This document shows positions 1-12,543 of a stretch of DNA of 64,000 nucleotides, piece after piece. Source of the DNA: Vicugna vicugna. Taxonomy: Eukaryota. The notes under the pieces are model-generated. The model worked only from the letters and a program-made list of their open reading frames with translations, made no database searches and had not been told where the DNA came from. Position numbers and translations under genes: made by a program. Where the stretch lies: positions 4,035,895-4,099,894 of the forward strand of contig MU058844.1 in NCBI GenBank assembly GCA_013265495.1, written 5' to 3'. Each line of letters opens with the position of its first letter. Within the stretch, counting starts at the first letter, position 1.

Positions 1-49
1 AAATAAGAAATGGTCCTAGAAATAGACAATTAATAATCTATCCACTCAT

Positions 50-804
50 ATACTCATTCAAAAATATCAGAATGATTTCCTTGTGCTAGGTACTGTTCTA
101 GGCTTTTGGGACATGTTGGTGTACAAAACAGACAAAAATACTTGCCCTTGATACATAATATATATGTCAGAGAGTAATAAATGTTATGGAGAAAAATAAT
201 GCGTAAAGGGAGTGTCAGGGGCAGAAATGTAGGGAGAACTGGCTGGATTTTTAACAGGGGGTCAAGGAAGGCCTCACTCAGACATGATGGAGATGGGGAG
301 TGAGCCAGGAGATTATCTGGGAGAAGACTGTTCCAAGCAGGGGCAAGAAGTCCAAAAGGCCTTGAGGTTGAAATATGTTGTATGCTCAAAAACCAGCAAG
401 GCAGACCCTGTGGGCTGGACATTGTAAGTGACCAGAGTGTTGAAAGAGATGAACTCAGAGAGATAGGAAGCTTGGGGAGAGGTGCAAATTGTATAAGGCC
501 TTACAGGCCATGCAAGGACTATTTTTATTTGGAGGAGGGGAGTGGACAGTAAGACGTAAGCTTAGAAAATCTTAACAAGAGAAGTGCCATGATCTGACTT
601 AGAGTCTATTTTTTTACTTTAGGATCATTCTGTTTGCTCTATTGAAACTACATTATAAAAGTGTAAGGGAAGCCAGTCAGGAGGAATGTCAACAATCCAG
701 AAAAGAAATGATGGTGGTTGGGACTAGACTGATCACAGTAAATGTAAAGAGAAGTGATAGGATTATGATTATATCTTGAAGTTAAGGTCAACAAGATTTG
801 ATAA
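50..804 (-). mobile_element. L2 LINE, 3' end fragment
   Basis: Reverse-complement L2 tail (tcattcaaaaatat...tgtgctaggtactgttctaggc) followed by typical purine-rich antisense L2 body (aaaggccttgaggttg, gccatgatctgactt). Confidence 0.85.
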
Positions 805-1209
805 TGTAAAATAAAAAATAAGACAGAATTTATGGATGGCTACAGCTATTAAGAATACCATCTAAAACTTGGAAATAAGACAAAGGGATGACTGCGTGTT
901 CTTTTATATTAGATTGTTGCCTTTACTTGCAAACTTTCATGCAAATAGAGATGCAAATATTTTCTGCCCAGTAGAGAGGATAACCTCAACAATTTTATTG
1001 TCCTGAGACTAACCACTTTGCTTGACTGACTATACAACATCTGTTTCTCCTTCGAATCAGCTTTATCTCTTTCAAGACTTTGATTCTTTTTGAATCAGCT
1101 TTACCACCCCGTTGATCCCCTTATATATGCGCTGATAAATTTTTGGCACTTTCTCACTATATTTGTATGAGAATTGTGTTTTTCGCTTAAAAAATATTGT
1201 ATTTTGACA
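805..1209. mobile_element. Unclassified ~405-bp insert in L2, possible solo LTR
   Basis: Interrupts the L2. Has TGT...ACA ends with an imperfect terminal inverted repeat (tgtaaaata / tattttgaca), an internal 12-bp direct repeat and a TATA-like box. No TSD seen. Confidence 0.4.
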
Positions 1210-2700
1210 AAGGTTCTGGGTGTGAGCAGTTGGAAGAATAAAGCTACCATTAACTGAAGTAGGGGAGACTGTTGGAGGTACAAAGTTTAGGGGAAAGACT
1301 GATATTAACTTCAGATAGGTGACATTTAAGGTGCCTATTAGGTATTCAAGTGGAGAGGTTGAGTAGGAAGTTGGATGGAAGAGTTCGAATAAGGGAAGAG
1401 AGATGTATTCAAGATACGAAATTGGGAGCCGTCAGTGTTACACATGGCCTTAAAAGTCATGAGACTAGATGAGCTCATTAAAGGAGTCTAGCTAGAAAAA
1501 AAAAATTCTAAAGATTGAGTCCTGAGAACTGCCAACATTAAAAATTCAGAGAAATAGGATGAATGAGAAAAAAAAGTCTAGAAAATCCAGGGGTTTATGC
1601 CATCCTGGAAGCTAACTGAAGAAGTTTCAAATAGGATATAGGAATCTACTCAGTCAAGGCAGCTGAGTACTCATGCTAGATAAAGACTGAGAATTGGCCA
1701 CTGAATTTAGAAACATACATGTCCTTGGTGGTCCTTATTCAAAGTACTTTTGATGGAGTTGTGGGGCTAAGAGCCTAATTGGAAAGAGTTCAAAAGAGAA
1801 TGAAGGTAAAGCAACTGAAGAGAGTGAATATTGATTCTTTGGAGAACTTTTGATACATAGGAAAGGAAACTGAGCTTGAGGGCCATACGAGGAGTTTGAG
1901 GGATGTTCTTTAAGATGAGAAAATTTCCTTTTCATTTGTATGCTTATATGAGTGATCAAGTTGATAGGAAAAAAAATGGATAGTTCCAGAAAAAGAGGGA
2001 AGAATGGTTGGAACAAAGTTCTTGAGTAGGTGGGAAGGGTGAGGGCCTAGTGCACAAGTTAAAGGTGGCCATATCTCTTAGTAGGGACTGTTCATCCACA
2101 GGAAGAGGAGGAAAGGCAGAGGATGTGGGCAAAGATTCAGGCCCAGCTTCATGGCTACGCAGGTAAACTAAGACTAGTCAGCATGACTGTGTGCTTTTCT
2201 TCAGTCATACTCTGCTGTGAGGTTACAAGCAGAGGGTGGACTAAAAGTTTTTTGAACAGCAGTTGGCATTTTTTTAGGTGATCGTGATGGAGTAAGAGAG
2301 GCTCAAAGGACTTGAGGATGTACAAAGAAGTGATTATAATCATGAGTCACAGAATTAAGCTCGAGAAGAAGAGTATAATGCACAAGAAGGAGTGATGAAT
2401 AGTGAAAAAGTGGGTCATAGGAGCTGATAAAATTAATGCTGATGTTAGAGAACTCTAGAAGTGAGTTATAAAATCAGAGAACTCTAGGGAGGTGGGATCG
2501 GAAGGTAAAATTCTGGCAATTCAAACTATAGATGGTTAGTTACAAAGTCTAGATTATGACTATGAAATTTAGTGGCTCAAACAGGGTGGAGATTCAGGGT
2601 CGGGACCATGAAAAGGGAAGAAGCAGAGACAGAACATACTCAACAGTGAACAGGTACATGGCACTGACTCTTGAGAGAAGTTACCCAGCTATTAAGAAGT
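1210..2700 (-). mobile_element. L2 LINE, continuation
   Basis: L2 antisense motifs resume (aaggttctgggtgtgagcagttggaag, ttaaggtgcctattaggtattcaagtggag, gaattggccactgaatttag). Confidence 0.75.
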
Positions 2701-5149
2701 GTGGTGGAGAGAGGAACCCAGCACGTCTGGGTGTAGCGACTGTGCTCTTAGACAATACGTTATAATGTCATGCAATTGCTCAGTTGTTTGTATAAGCTGC
2801 ATTGCTTTTAACAGCTTTAAGTTAGAGAAATAGGAAGAATTTTAGAAATATTTATTTTGTATACTACAGTGGATGGCCTTCTAAATAACCCTTTAAAATA
2901 CTCTCTTTTCTACTCTCTAAAATAGCATTTCCTAAATAAACAATAACTCAACTTTTGGTCCTTTTCACCAAGAACACAAACAGAAAACAAAGTAGGTAGT
3001 ACAGAAAGCTAGGCAATAGTAAAACCAGTGGCTGATATGTCAGAAGAGGAATATAAAATGAATCAAGCAGTGGATGCAGAGAGAAGGAAAAAATGTTAAA
3101 GAAAGTATAAAAGAAGGGGAAAAAAGAGTATGTTCAAGAGAATGAGAAATTAAACTTATAAGGCTTTGCATAAGGATCAGAAAAGCCTACTTATAGTAGT
3201 AACAATGAGTAACCTACAGAAAGAATTACTTGAGAATTTATACAAGAAAGGAACAAAAAAAGATGACTGATGAAATAATAAAAACAAGGTGTACTAGTCA
3301 CTTCTGGTTAATAAACCACAACAGATATCTTGGGACGGGAGGTGATCTGGGGTGTTTAAAATTACTCACATTGATGTCCTGTGCACACACACACACAAAA
3401 TCCCACAACCTACCTGTAATTTATTTTGTAGAGTTTAATTTAACTACTTAATGCATTTATTACTTTATTCATGCCTTCCACATCATAACTCACAAATAAT
3501 GGGTTTTTTTGTTTAAAACTTAAATATTACTTATATCAGTAATGCTTGAATCCAACTGACCCTAGGAAACATGAAAGAGTAAACAGAGTGTTCAGGCAGC
3601 AATAAAGGATCTCAAGTTGGTTCTGCTAACATCTTCTTTCTGCAAGATGGGATTATAGATTTAATATTTGAATATGTTTGGTTAGACAATCACACCTCTC
3701 TTGATATAAACCATTCAAGAGCTTGGCTCAGCTTTTTTTTTTAATAGAGCATTAAAAAGATAGTAATCTCCACTAGATTATTATCATGTAAATTTCTCAC
3801 TGTAATGGCAGAAGAGGTAGAAAAATGTAATAAAAACAAATAAGAAAGGCTTTGATTTATATTGAATCTGCCTGTGAAGTATCAAGTAATCTCTTGAAGA
3901 CTTGTCTAAACCCTCAGTATATAAAGGCAAATCATCTGTTGCTTTTTCATGATTTTAAAGGAAAAACAGGCTGAGAACAAATGTTAATTGCACAGTGCTA
4001 GTTTTATAATAAAGACAAAAAGACTTAAGATTGGAATGGTGTTATTTAAACAATTCAATTAAGAAATGATCTTGAGCTGTCCTTATTACAGCAAACATGA
4101 TTGAACATATACACATTTATTCTGTTCATTTAACTGGCAGGAAACATTGTTCCCTAATTCCAGTTTACACATTCCTCGTCATTTTCATAATAGCACTGAG
4201 AAAAACGAAACAGTACATTTCTAGGGGATTATAGCACTTCTCAGATAGTCCTAATCACTTGAAGAGCATTACTAGGTGCGAGGCTTAAGGCCAAAATATG
4301 CTAATTGTGCACAAGGGCACCATCTATCTTTAAGCAAGGCATCTGAACAAGACAGAACAGCATTTCCACATATGTCCTATCTTATAAGGATTTCAAGGAT
4401 TTATAGTTATTAAATAACTTGAAATTTTAGAAAGTATTTTTGGTCATTTGTAGAAAAGGCTGTAGTCAAATTATAGTTTGATGACAATAGTACTAGAAAA
4501 TTTTGAACTACCATTTAACCTGCAAAAATGTAGTCCTACTGTTTACTTTTATATATAAAATTTTTCATTTTGGATGAGTTAAGGTTCCAGTCCCTTAATT
4601 CCCTGCACCCTCCACACACATAAACATCCTATCACCCATTTGCCCATCTAATATAATGTGCCTGCTGTGAAAGTTTGGCTGGACTGTACCTTATCTGTAA
4701 ATTCCTTAAACCTTGATGAGTATGTGAGAATTTCTTTCTCCTGGAGACAATAATCTCTGCAAGTCAGTTTCATCTCAGGAACAGCTAAGACTCTTGGTCT
4801 ATTTCACAGGCCTTAGAGAATGTGTCTAAGGACTATGTTTGCCTCTTGAATAGAAAGCATCTCAGGATTTCCTAACAGAAAATGCTTGCTACTGACCTTA
4901 TTTATGTTTGTCAACTGTTTTAGATGCTCCAAATTGCTTCATGTCCATTATTTCTCAATTAACTTTGAGAAAGGGGAACGTGACTACAACTGTCAGTTGG
5001 GTTCTCTTTATTGAGGTACTGGTTTTGAGTAATATCTCAGGGGTTTCTTTACTTGATACTCAGAACTCTCACAGTTAAAAGTGAGAGATGAGGCACCAAT
5101 ACATGTTTAAACAGCAGCAGCAAAGAGTGTGTAGAGTGACAAGGGAGTC

Positions 5150-5780
5150 AGTTGGCTTACAGAACCTGAGCATGAGCTACAGACGTGACTAGCTACAACA
5201 GAATCTAAATGATATCATCAATGCTCAATTTCTCTTGATCTCTGATCTCCGCTTTCATCCCATGTCCTCCCCACTCTTAGATCGTTTCAGGTCTCACAAT
5301 GGCAAAATGATTGCCAGGAGCCCCGGGTGTACCATATTTCATGGAACCTACACTGTCACTGATTGCAAAGGAAAAGTTACTTTATGTGCCAGTAAGAAAG
5401 GAAAAATGTTCACCCTTAAGTAACACAATTGTTTCTTATGACACAGATTGTAAAAGGCACCCCAATCTCAGAGATGTTAAAATGTGAGTGAAAATAGGGC
5501 ATCCTAGGATCAATGAAATATGGTAGGCCATTTTCTCAGCAACCCCAAGGTCATAATAGAGTTTACAACACTTATCAGGTATGGCTGGACTTAAATAAGA
5601 TCATGCCTATCTCTGAACAAATTAGAGTGACTGGCCAGAAAAAATAGTATATGCTAATCAGTTTCACTGAAGCCTCTTGGGCCAGTAGTGGGGAAAGGGT
5701 GGTTTACATGAGGAAAAAATAATATCTCTTCCAGAAGAAGATACAAATTCTGGAAAGACAAAATATAATAATAAATGTCC
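5150..5780 (-). mobile_element. Old MaLR LTR (MLT1-like), interrupted by MER104
   Basis: Degenerate MLT1-type motifs (cacaatggcaaaatgattgccaggagc; gatcatgcctatctctgaacaaattagagtga). Confidence 0.45.
5332..5523. mobile_element. MER104-like TcMar-Tc2 non-autonomous DNA transposon
   Basis: Terminal inverted repeats ccatatttcat...atgaaatatgg, flanked by TA on both sides (5330-5331, 5524-5525). Confidence 0.85.
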
Positions 5781-7424
5781 AGTACAATAAATCTATATAA
5801 TAATAAAACCATTGGACATCTGACACTCACTGAACAATTTTAAATGCCTTTAACTGAGTATTTGATCTCTATTGCAAGAAGAATGTTTACAACTTTAGAA
5901 GAATTTATAGAGAAGGAAAAATAACATTTAGGGGGCTGAACAGTGCCTGAAAATATTTCACTTATTTTTCAAAAGATCAATTCTCTTTTTATTTCCCAAC
6001 TCTTGCTTCAAATTTTTTCACAGTGCAGAAACTACCTACTGTTAGCCCTGAGGCCTATAGTATCAAGGCTACAAACATTTCTAGTTAATGAAACAACATT
6101 GCGATAGTATTCTTCCAGTAATATATTTGTTTGGACAGTACCCAAAACTTGATCTCAACTTCATCTTATGTTTTAGTAATGATGCAATTTGTATAATAAC
6201 AGTATTAGTTGAACAACATATACAGCACTTTCATCACGAAAGGGAATAGACAATAAAAAATGAAAAGCTCTTCTGTAGATCCTATGATCTAAGAGTTGTC
6301 AGTTATTTTAAATTCAAATTATAGGCAAAAAATGAGAAGTACCATAAATAGGCAATTTGAGATTTTTATTTGTTGGTTTTGTTTTGTTTTGATTTTTACC
6401 AATGGGTAGCACTGATGCCCCTTTGCTAGGAACTCAGACCTTTTTTAACTCAAAAGATGAAGCAAAAGACGCCCCCCAGTCTGACTGTTCAGGTTTAGGA
6501 AGCGCATCAATCACAGATTCACCAGAGTGCAGCTACTCTGCAGCCCTCAGTGGGGCAGTGACCAAAGAACTCTCTGAGTGACAGGCAGCAGAATCAGAAG
6601 TGGCTGCAGAATTTAAGAGCTATTTAAGATTCAATCACTATGCATTGAGTCTCTACTCTGTAGACACTAAGATGCTGTTTCTATTTATTACCATTCTGAA
6701 AGTAAAATTTAATTCAGCAACTAAAGCAGCCAGTGAAGCAAGAACAGCCAAGTAATGAAAGAGAAAGGAAGCAGGACAACATCAGGATATGCATGGCCCC
6801 AAAGAGCTCAAGAGTGTAAGAACTGTCAGAATGAGAAACAGATTTTAAGAGGATTTGCAGAGAGGGCAGCAAAGCCCTAACAAATACTAAAAACTGAGCA
6901 CTCAGCCACTCCTAAGAGGGTGACGTTTAAATCCTTAGTCACACATAAAAAGACGATTATGGGGGTGGAAATGAAGGGGACTAACAGAGTTAAATATCTT
7001 TTGTACGCCAAGTATTAAACTAGACACGATTTCATACAGACTCTACGACTTCGGGAGGTAGATACTGCTTCTGTGTCACAGATGAAAACACTGTAGAAAA
7101 GAGGAATTAAATAATTTATTTAAAGAAACATAGTAGACAAGTGAGGAAGGCAGGACTATCTACCAGGCATTTATTCATAAATTCAACAAATATTTATGTA
7201 CCTTCTATGTGCCAGGCACTTGCACCTACTCAGTTGTAGTCAAAGTCCTTAATAAATTTTTAAACAGGAATTCTAAAACTAGTAAAGCTATAAAAGAAGG
7301 AACTGAAAACACAAGAAAAGTAGTAAGAAGAATAAGCTAATTTGGAAAATGACTAAACAGAACTTCTAAAAATGAAAAGTAAGGTCACCGAATTTTTTTT
7401 TTTTCATATAGTAGATAGGCTCAT

Positions 7425-7620
7425 AAAATAACAGATACTTTTGGGCACTTACTGTGTTACAGTTCTGAGCATCCACTTACTTTGTCCTTATCGTTCAGCT
7501 TTGAGGTTGTTATTATCCTTATCCACAGCACACAGATACATGAAAATGTGGAGGAATTCACCCAGAGTTACACGGCCAATTGGAGATGCCAGAATTTGAA
7601 ACTGGCATTGCAAGGTCTAC
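7425..7620 (-). mobile_element. MIR SINE
   Basis: gggcacttactgtg...gttattatccttatccacag...cacccagagttacacggccaat matches antisense MIR. Confidence 0.6.
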
Positions 7621-7639
7621 AGTATTTTTTAAAAAAAGA

Positions 7640-8425
7640 AAAAAAGCTGAATCTATACAAAAATAGAGATATATTTCATATACCATACAATTCACCCATT
7701 TAAAGTATACAGTTAAATGGGTTTTAGTAAGTTTACAGAGTTATGCAATCATCATCATAATCTAATTTTAGACATTTTCATCACCCGCAAAACAAAACCC
7801 ATGCCCATCCTCCGCTCCCCATTTCTAGGCAACCATGAAACTACTTTCTGTAGTTTTGCCTATTCTGGACATTTCATACAAATGAAATCATACAATAGTA
7901 CAATATGTGTCTTTTGTGACTGGCTGCCCTCACTTAGCATAATGTTTGAAAGATTCATCCATGTTGTAGCATGCATCAATATTTCATTCTTTTTTATTGT
8001 CAAATAATTTTTATTCTGTGAATAGACCACATTTAATTTATTCACTGATTAGTTGATGGGCATTGAAATTGTTTCCAATTTTTGTTTTAAGCTGAATAAC
8101 TGTATGAATAATGCAGGTATGAATGTTCATGTACAAGTTTTTATATGCATATGATTTCATTCCTCCTGAGTATATACATAAGAGTAGAATTACTGGGTGA
8201 TATGCAACTTTATGTTTAACATTTTGAAGGACTACCAAACTGTTTTTTAAAGTGGCTACACCATTTTACGTTCATTTTATATTTTAGCAGGTGTGAAGTG
8301 ATATCACATTGTGGTATTGATTTGCATTTCCCTATTGACTAATGATGTTGGACATCTTTTCATGTGCTTATTGGCCATTAGTATATTTTCTCTGGAGAAA
8401 TGTCTATTGAGGTCCTTTGCTTATA
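7640..8425 (-). mobile_element. L1MB-type LINE 3' end
   Basis: cataccatacaattcacccatttaaagtatacag 3' UTR signature. Minus ORF 7860-8045 (KKNEILMHATTWMNLSNIMLSE) resembles the ORF2 C-terminus. Confidence 0.85.
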
Positions 8426-8871
8426 TTCTGGATACCTATCATTTGCATTGCCTTCAACCTAGCCCTCAGCAAGAAGTCTGAGGATGGGATAGCAAGACAA
8501 AACAGGGAAAGGGAGGTAGTTATCATTAAACAAACAAGCAAAAAAAACCATACAGCCTGTGATATGAAGTCCTCTGCTGTGAGACTCGCCAAGACCAGAA
8601 CACCAGAACTGATAGAAATATCATCCCACAAGAGACAAAATAAATGACTGTGTAAGAGAGACAAACAAAATCAAAGCTTTAGATTACGTCTGCTCTCCCC
8701 TATCCTTCTACTAATAATTCTTCAACAAATGACTGGCCTTATTCAAACATGAGTAATAGTAAGAAAGGACCCACCCAATAAAAACATCTTTGGGCAGATA
8801 CTGCCCCCGAAGGAAAACATCAACTAAGTAAAAGGAAGATCCAGAAAAATATCTCATGGAATAATTGCCCC

Positions 8872-8929
8872 TCCCACCTATTCCCCCAAAAGGTTAGAAG
8901 TCCCACCTACCCTCCCAAAAGGTTAAAAG
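8872..8929. repeat. Tandem duplication, 2 x 29 bp
   Basis: tcccacctattcccccaaaaggttagaag / tcccacctaccctcccaaaaggttaaaag. Confidence 0.85.
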
Positions 8930-8999
8930 TCTTACCAAATACTTCTGCTAGGTTCAAAGAAATCACAAATAACATGATCAGTCTTTTAAAATAACTTTT

Positions 9000-9900
9000 A
9001 AAGACATACATATATTTAAGGAAGTGATTATTAGATAAGGGAAGTGAAAAGCAAGGTGAAAGAAGCCAGAAGAGGAATGTATGAGAAAGATAGAAATCTG
9101 ACAGAGTTGAAAGTTTTTACAGTAGAATAAACCAAAAAAGAATAAACATGACAAAATGGAGTAAGAGATATTCTAGGCCGGTCTGAGGTAATCACCAGCA
9201 TGAAACATCATAAATATATGAAATATATATTTATTAAAAAGATGATGAGACTGATGAAAATATGCATATAATAGGCATTCCTATAACAGATAATTTATGT
9301 AATACCCAAATCATTTAAACCTTTAACAAAAGGAAAGTTTACTTAATAAACAAAACACACTTCTGGCCCAGGAAACATCAACACAGAAATACAAATACAT
9401 AGACATGTCTTAGTAAAATTACTAAACATTAAGGATACAATAGGAAAATACAACTCTTCAGAAAGGAAGAGATGATGCACAATGAGAGCTACTACCCATA
9501 TTGGCCTCAGACTATTCTACTGTAACACTCCGTGTCTGAGGACAGGAAAAAGCTGCCTATAAAATGTTTAGGGAAAGAAAGTGATGTAACAATTTTATGC
9601 CCAACAAAGTGATCTATTGTGTGTAAGAGCCAGAAAGAACACAGCACTCGTGAGCCCTTCTTGTAAAATTATTGGCCAGTGAAAACCAGCCAACTGATAG
9701 AGGACTCACAATAATAACCTCAGGTGAGAAGTTATGGTCAAAAGACTAATAAAAACCCTCAATCTATTTAATTGTAGAACTCAACATGGGAATTACGGGT
9801 ACAGGCAGAATTCAGGTGTTATAAACTTTGACAATATTTCATTAATAAAATAATATTTCAAAAGCTGGTGATAAGGAGAGGAGAAGGTGGCAGTCTCTTA
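9000..9900 (+). mobile_element. HAL1 / old L1 ORF1-like fragment
   Basis: ggcctcagactattctactgtaacac...gggaaagaaagt...attttatgcccaacaaa...gagcccttcttg resembles recalled HAL1 consensus. Confidence 0.55.
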
Positions 9901-9915
9901 AGTGTATTTTATATA

Positions 9916-10414
9916 TGGGTACAACTCGGAGATATTGCGGGTTCAGTTCAGATCACCACAATAAAGTGCATATTGCAATATAAAGTGAGTCACATGAATT
10001 TTTTGGGTTTCCTAGTGCATATAAAAGTTATTTTTTTAAAGTTATGTTTACACTATACTGTAGTCTATTGAGTGTGAAATAGCATTAGGTCTAAAAAAAG
10101 CAATGTACATACCTTAATTTAGAAAAACACCTTCATTGCTAAAAAGTGCTAACCATCATCAAACTTTTGCAATAGTAAGTAGCATCAAAGATTACTGATC
10201 ACAGATCACCATAACAAATATAATAATAATGCAAAATCCTGAAATCTTGTAAGAATTATCAAAATGTGACACAGAGACACAAAGGGGGCAACTGTTGGAA
10301 AAATGGTGCTGAGAGACTTGCCTGAAGCAGGGTTGTTACAAAACTTTAATTTGTAAAAAACACAATATCTGCAAAGCACAATAAAGTGAAGTTCAACAAA
10401 ATGAGGCATGCCTG
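9916..10414 (-). mobile_element. Internally deleted Tigger1 (Tigger1a-like) DNA transposon
   Basis: Both Tigger1 ends present about 500 bp apart: ...ctcggagatattgcgggttcagttc... and ...aataaagtgaagttcaacaaaatgaggcatgcctg. Confidence 0.9.
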
Positions 10415-11899
10415 CAGTTTTTTCTTAACTAGTAATTTTTCACAATAAGAATTTCAAAGAAATTTTAAAAGTAAATTTTAAGAGAAAAAGGTCCTTCATT
10501 TTAAGGAAAGTGATGACAGAATTTCATCAAGTGGTATGATGTATCTTACTGGATTTGAGTAAATATTATATTTAATTAAGTCATTTGTATCACTATTTTA
10601 TTTGGAGAGAAAAATTAGGTATAAAATAACATTTCAAATCAGCATATGCCTATTAAGCATGTATTGGTATAAAATTTATCTCCTTTAATTTAATATAATT
10701 AATTGCATTAATAGATTTCTTGATATTGTGCTGTCTTCACGCTCCTTGAACAAGTTCAGTTTGAATCAAGGTGTATCCTTTGATGGGCTGCTTAATTTTG
10801 CTGACTAACAATTATTAAGAATTTTCATATTTATATCCATATACATATATACATTTTGGGGATGCTGTAGCATCTTATCAAGAAAATACCGGCCTCATAA
10901 ACCTTATGAGAGATTTTTATCTTTTTCTAGGCTTTAACATGGTTTAAATAACAGTATACTTACTTAATTTTTAAACAGTCTTTTTTATAGTGCATCTTAC
11001 ATCATCTTCTAAATCTCTTCTATAATTATTATCTGCTCAGGTTTTCTAATTTTACTTGTTAGTTTTGGTAATTTCTTCAAAAATCACCCAGTTCCTTTGG
11101 CTAGAAAATCACCCACTTTCCCTTGACTTTCAAATTTATTGCTATAGAATTGCAAGTAAAATTCTCATAATCTCGTCCAAACCTTTTGTTATATTTCCTT
11201 TCCTTGATCCCAACCCAACACACCAAATGAAATCCTTAAAATTCTTTTACTGCCCCACCCTACACACACCTACATATAAGATTTCTAGAACAATGATTCC
11301 TTAATTCCTGGGTTTCGCTAATCTACAATGAAGATGCAGCTTGTTTGGTTTAGATTTTTAAGTCATAACATTGCACACAGGCAAACTTATCCTTGATTAT
11401 CTTTGACCACAAGGTAAAGTCATTGTCTTGATTTTACAAGCCACATTGTTTGAATAATATGTACCTTTAAACACTAGACTCATTCAACAATAGAGACACA
11501 TATACACTGTCAGAGGCATGTGGGAAAGGTCACTGAGAGAAGGAATAATGGAGTCATAGCTTCCATTTCACACTCATTCAGGGGTATCTGCTTATTAAGT
11601 TACATGAAGGATGAAATTGGTAGCAAATATTTAAACCTTTTCTCTCTCTTTCTCTCCCTCCCTCCCCCTACTTCCACACCAAAAAATTTAACTCACTGCA
11701 ATTGTTGGGTTTCTCATTGCACAATATTAATACATGAAATATCATCTATTTCAAATTTAAAAATACATAATCACAGCATCACTTTCAATTTACTACCTAT
11801 CACTTTTTCTTCTTAGATATTCAGCTCAGCTCTTCTTTGATTTTCATTTAGTTAGGGCACAGAATGAGTATATTTGTTAGATAAAGTATAAAGTGGTAT

Positions 11900-12420
11900 A
11901 CTCCTGAACTCATAGATTTTTGGAGATGTCTTTCTTTGGTCTAGTTTGACAGATGATTTCTTGGCTGGGTATATGATTCTTGAACTGCAGTCTCTCAGTC
12001 ATCTATTAAAGTAATCCTGCTGTTTTCTAGTAAAGTACCCAGTGTTGTAAATGATACGTTCAGTATTGGAAAGCTGCTAGTTTCTTTCCAGGTTATCAAT
12101 TCTCTGGAAACATCAAAGATTTCCTTTTTATTCTTGAAATTCTTAAAAGCCACCAAGATAGGCCTTGGCATATGACTTTGTAAATAAATGCTTTCTGGTT
12201 CTCAGGAGAGTTTTCCAATCAGCTGACTCAAGTCCATTCTCAATCCAGTCAATTTTTCTTGTATTATTTATTAACACTCAATTGCATTTTTCCCCTATTT
12301 TCATATGTGTGTTTTCAGAATACGTTCTCTAAGATTCTTATCTTTTGTTTAATGATATTCAGCACTGTGTATTTTTGCTCTGTGTTGTTATAATTTTCTA
12401 CCACTTGATCTTCAGGAAAA
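11900..12420 (-). mobile_element. Old L1/HAL1 ORF1-like fragment
   Basis: gatttcttggctgggtatatgattcttga...ttcctttttattcttgaaatt antisense ORF1-type motifs; highly degenerate. Confidence 0.5.
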
Positions 12421-12497
12421 AGAAAAACTTGTTCCTCATCACTGACTCTCCACTTTAGTAGGCATAGAAAGGTTTTTGGCATTTGATCTCAATTGCA

Positions 12498-12543
12498 ACT
12501 ACTAACTTGTTAAAATTGTCACTACTGACTTGTTAAAATTGTC
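12498..12543. repeat. Tandem duplication, 2 x 23 bp
   Basis: actactaacttgttaaaattgtc / actactgacttgttaaaattgtc (1 mismatch). Confidence 0.9.

Noticed and set aside
54..422. Longest ORF in the track (122 aa)
   Set aside because: Lies entirely within a decayed L2 3' region.
6410..6560. CTCF sites
   Set aside because: Several GC-rich near-matches, but each breaks the spacing or core of CCASYAGRKGGC.
8872..12543. CRISPR-like or repeat-spacer array from the 29-bp and 23-bp repeats
   Set aside because: Each is just two adjacent copies with no spacers; these are ordinary slippage duplications in a mammalian genome.
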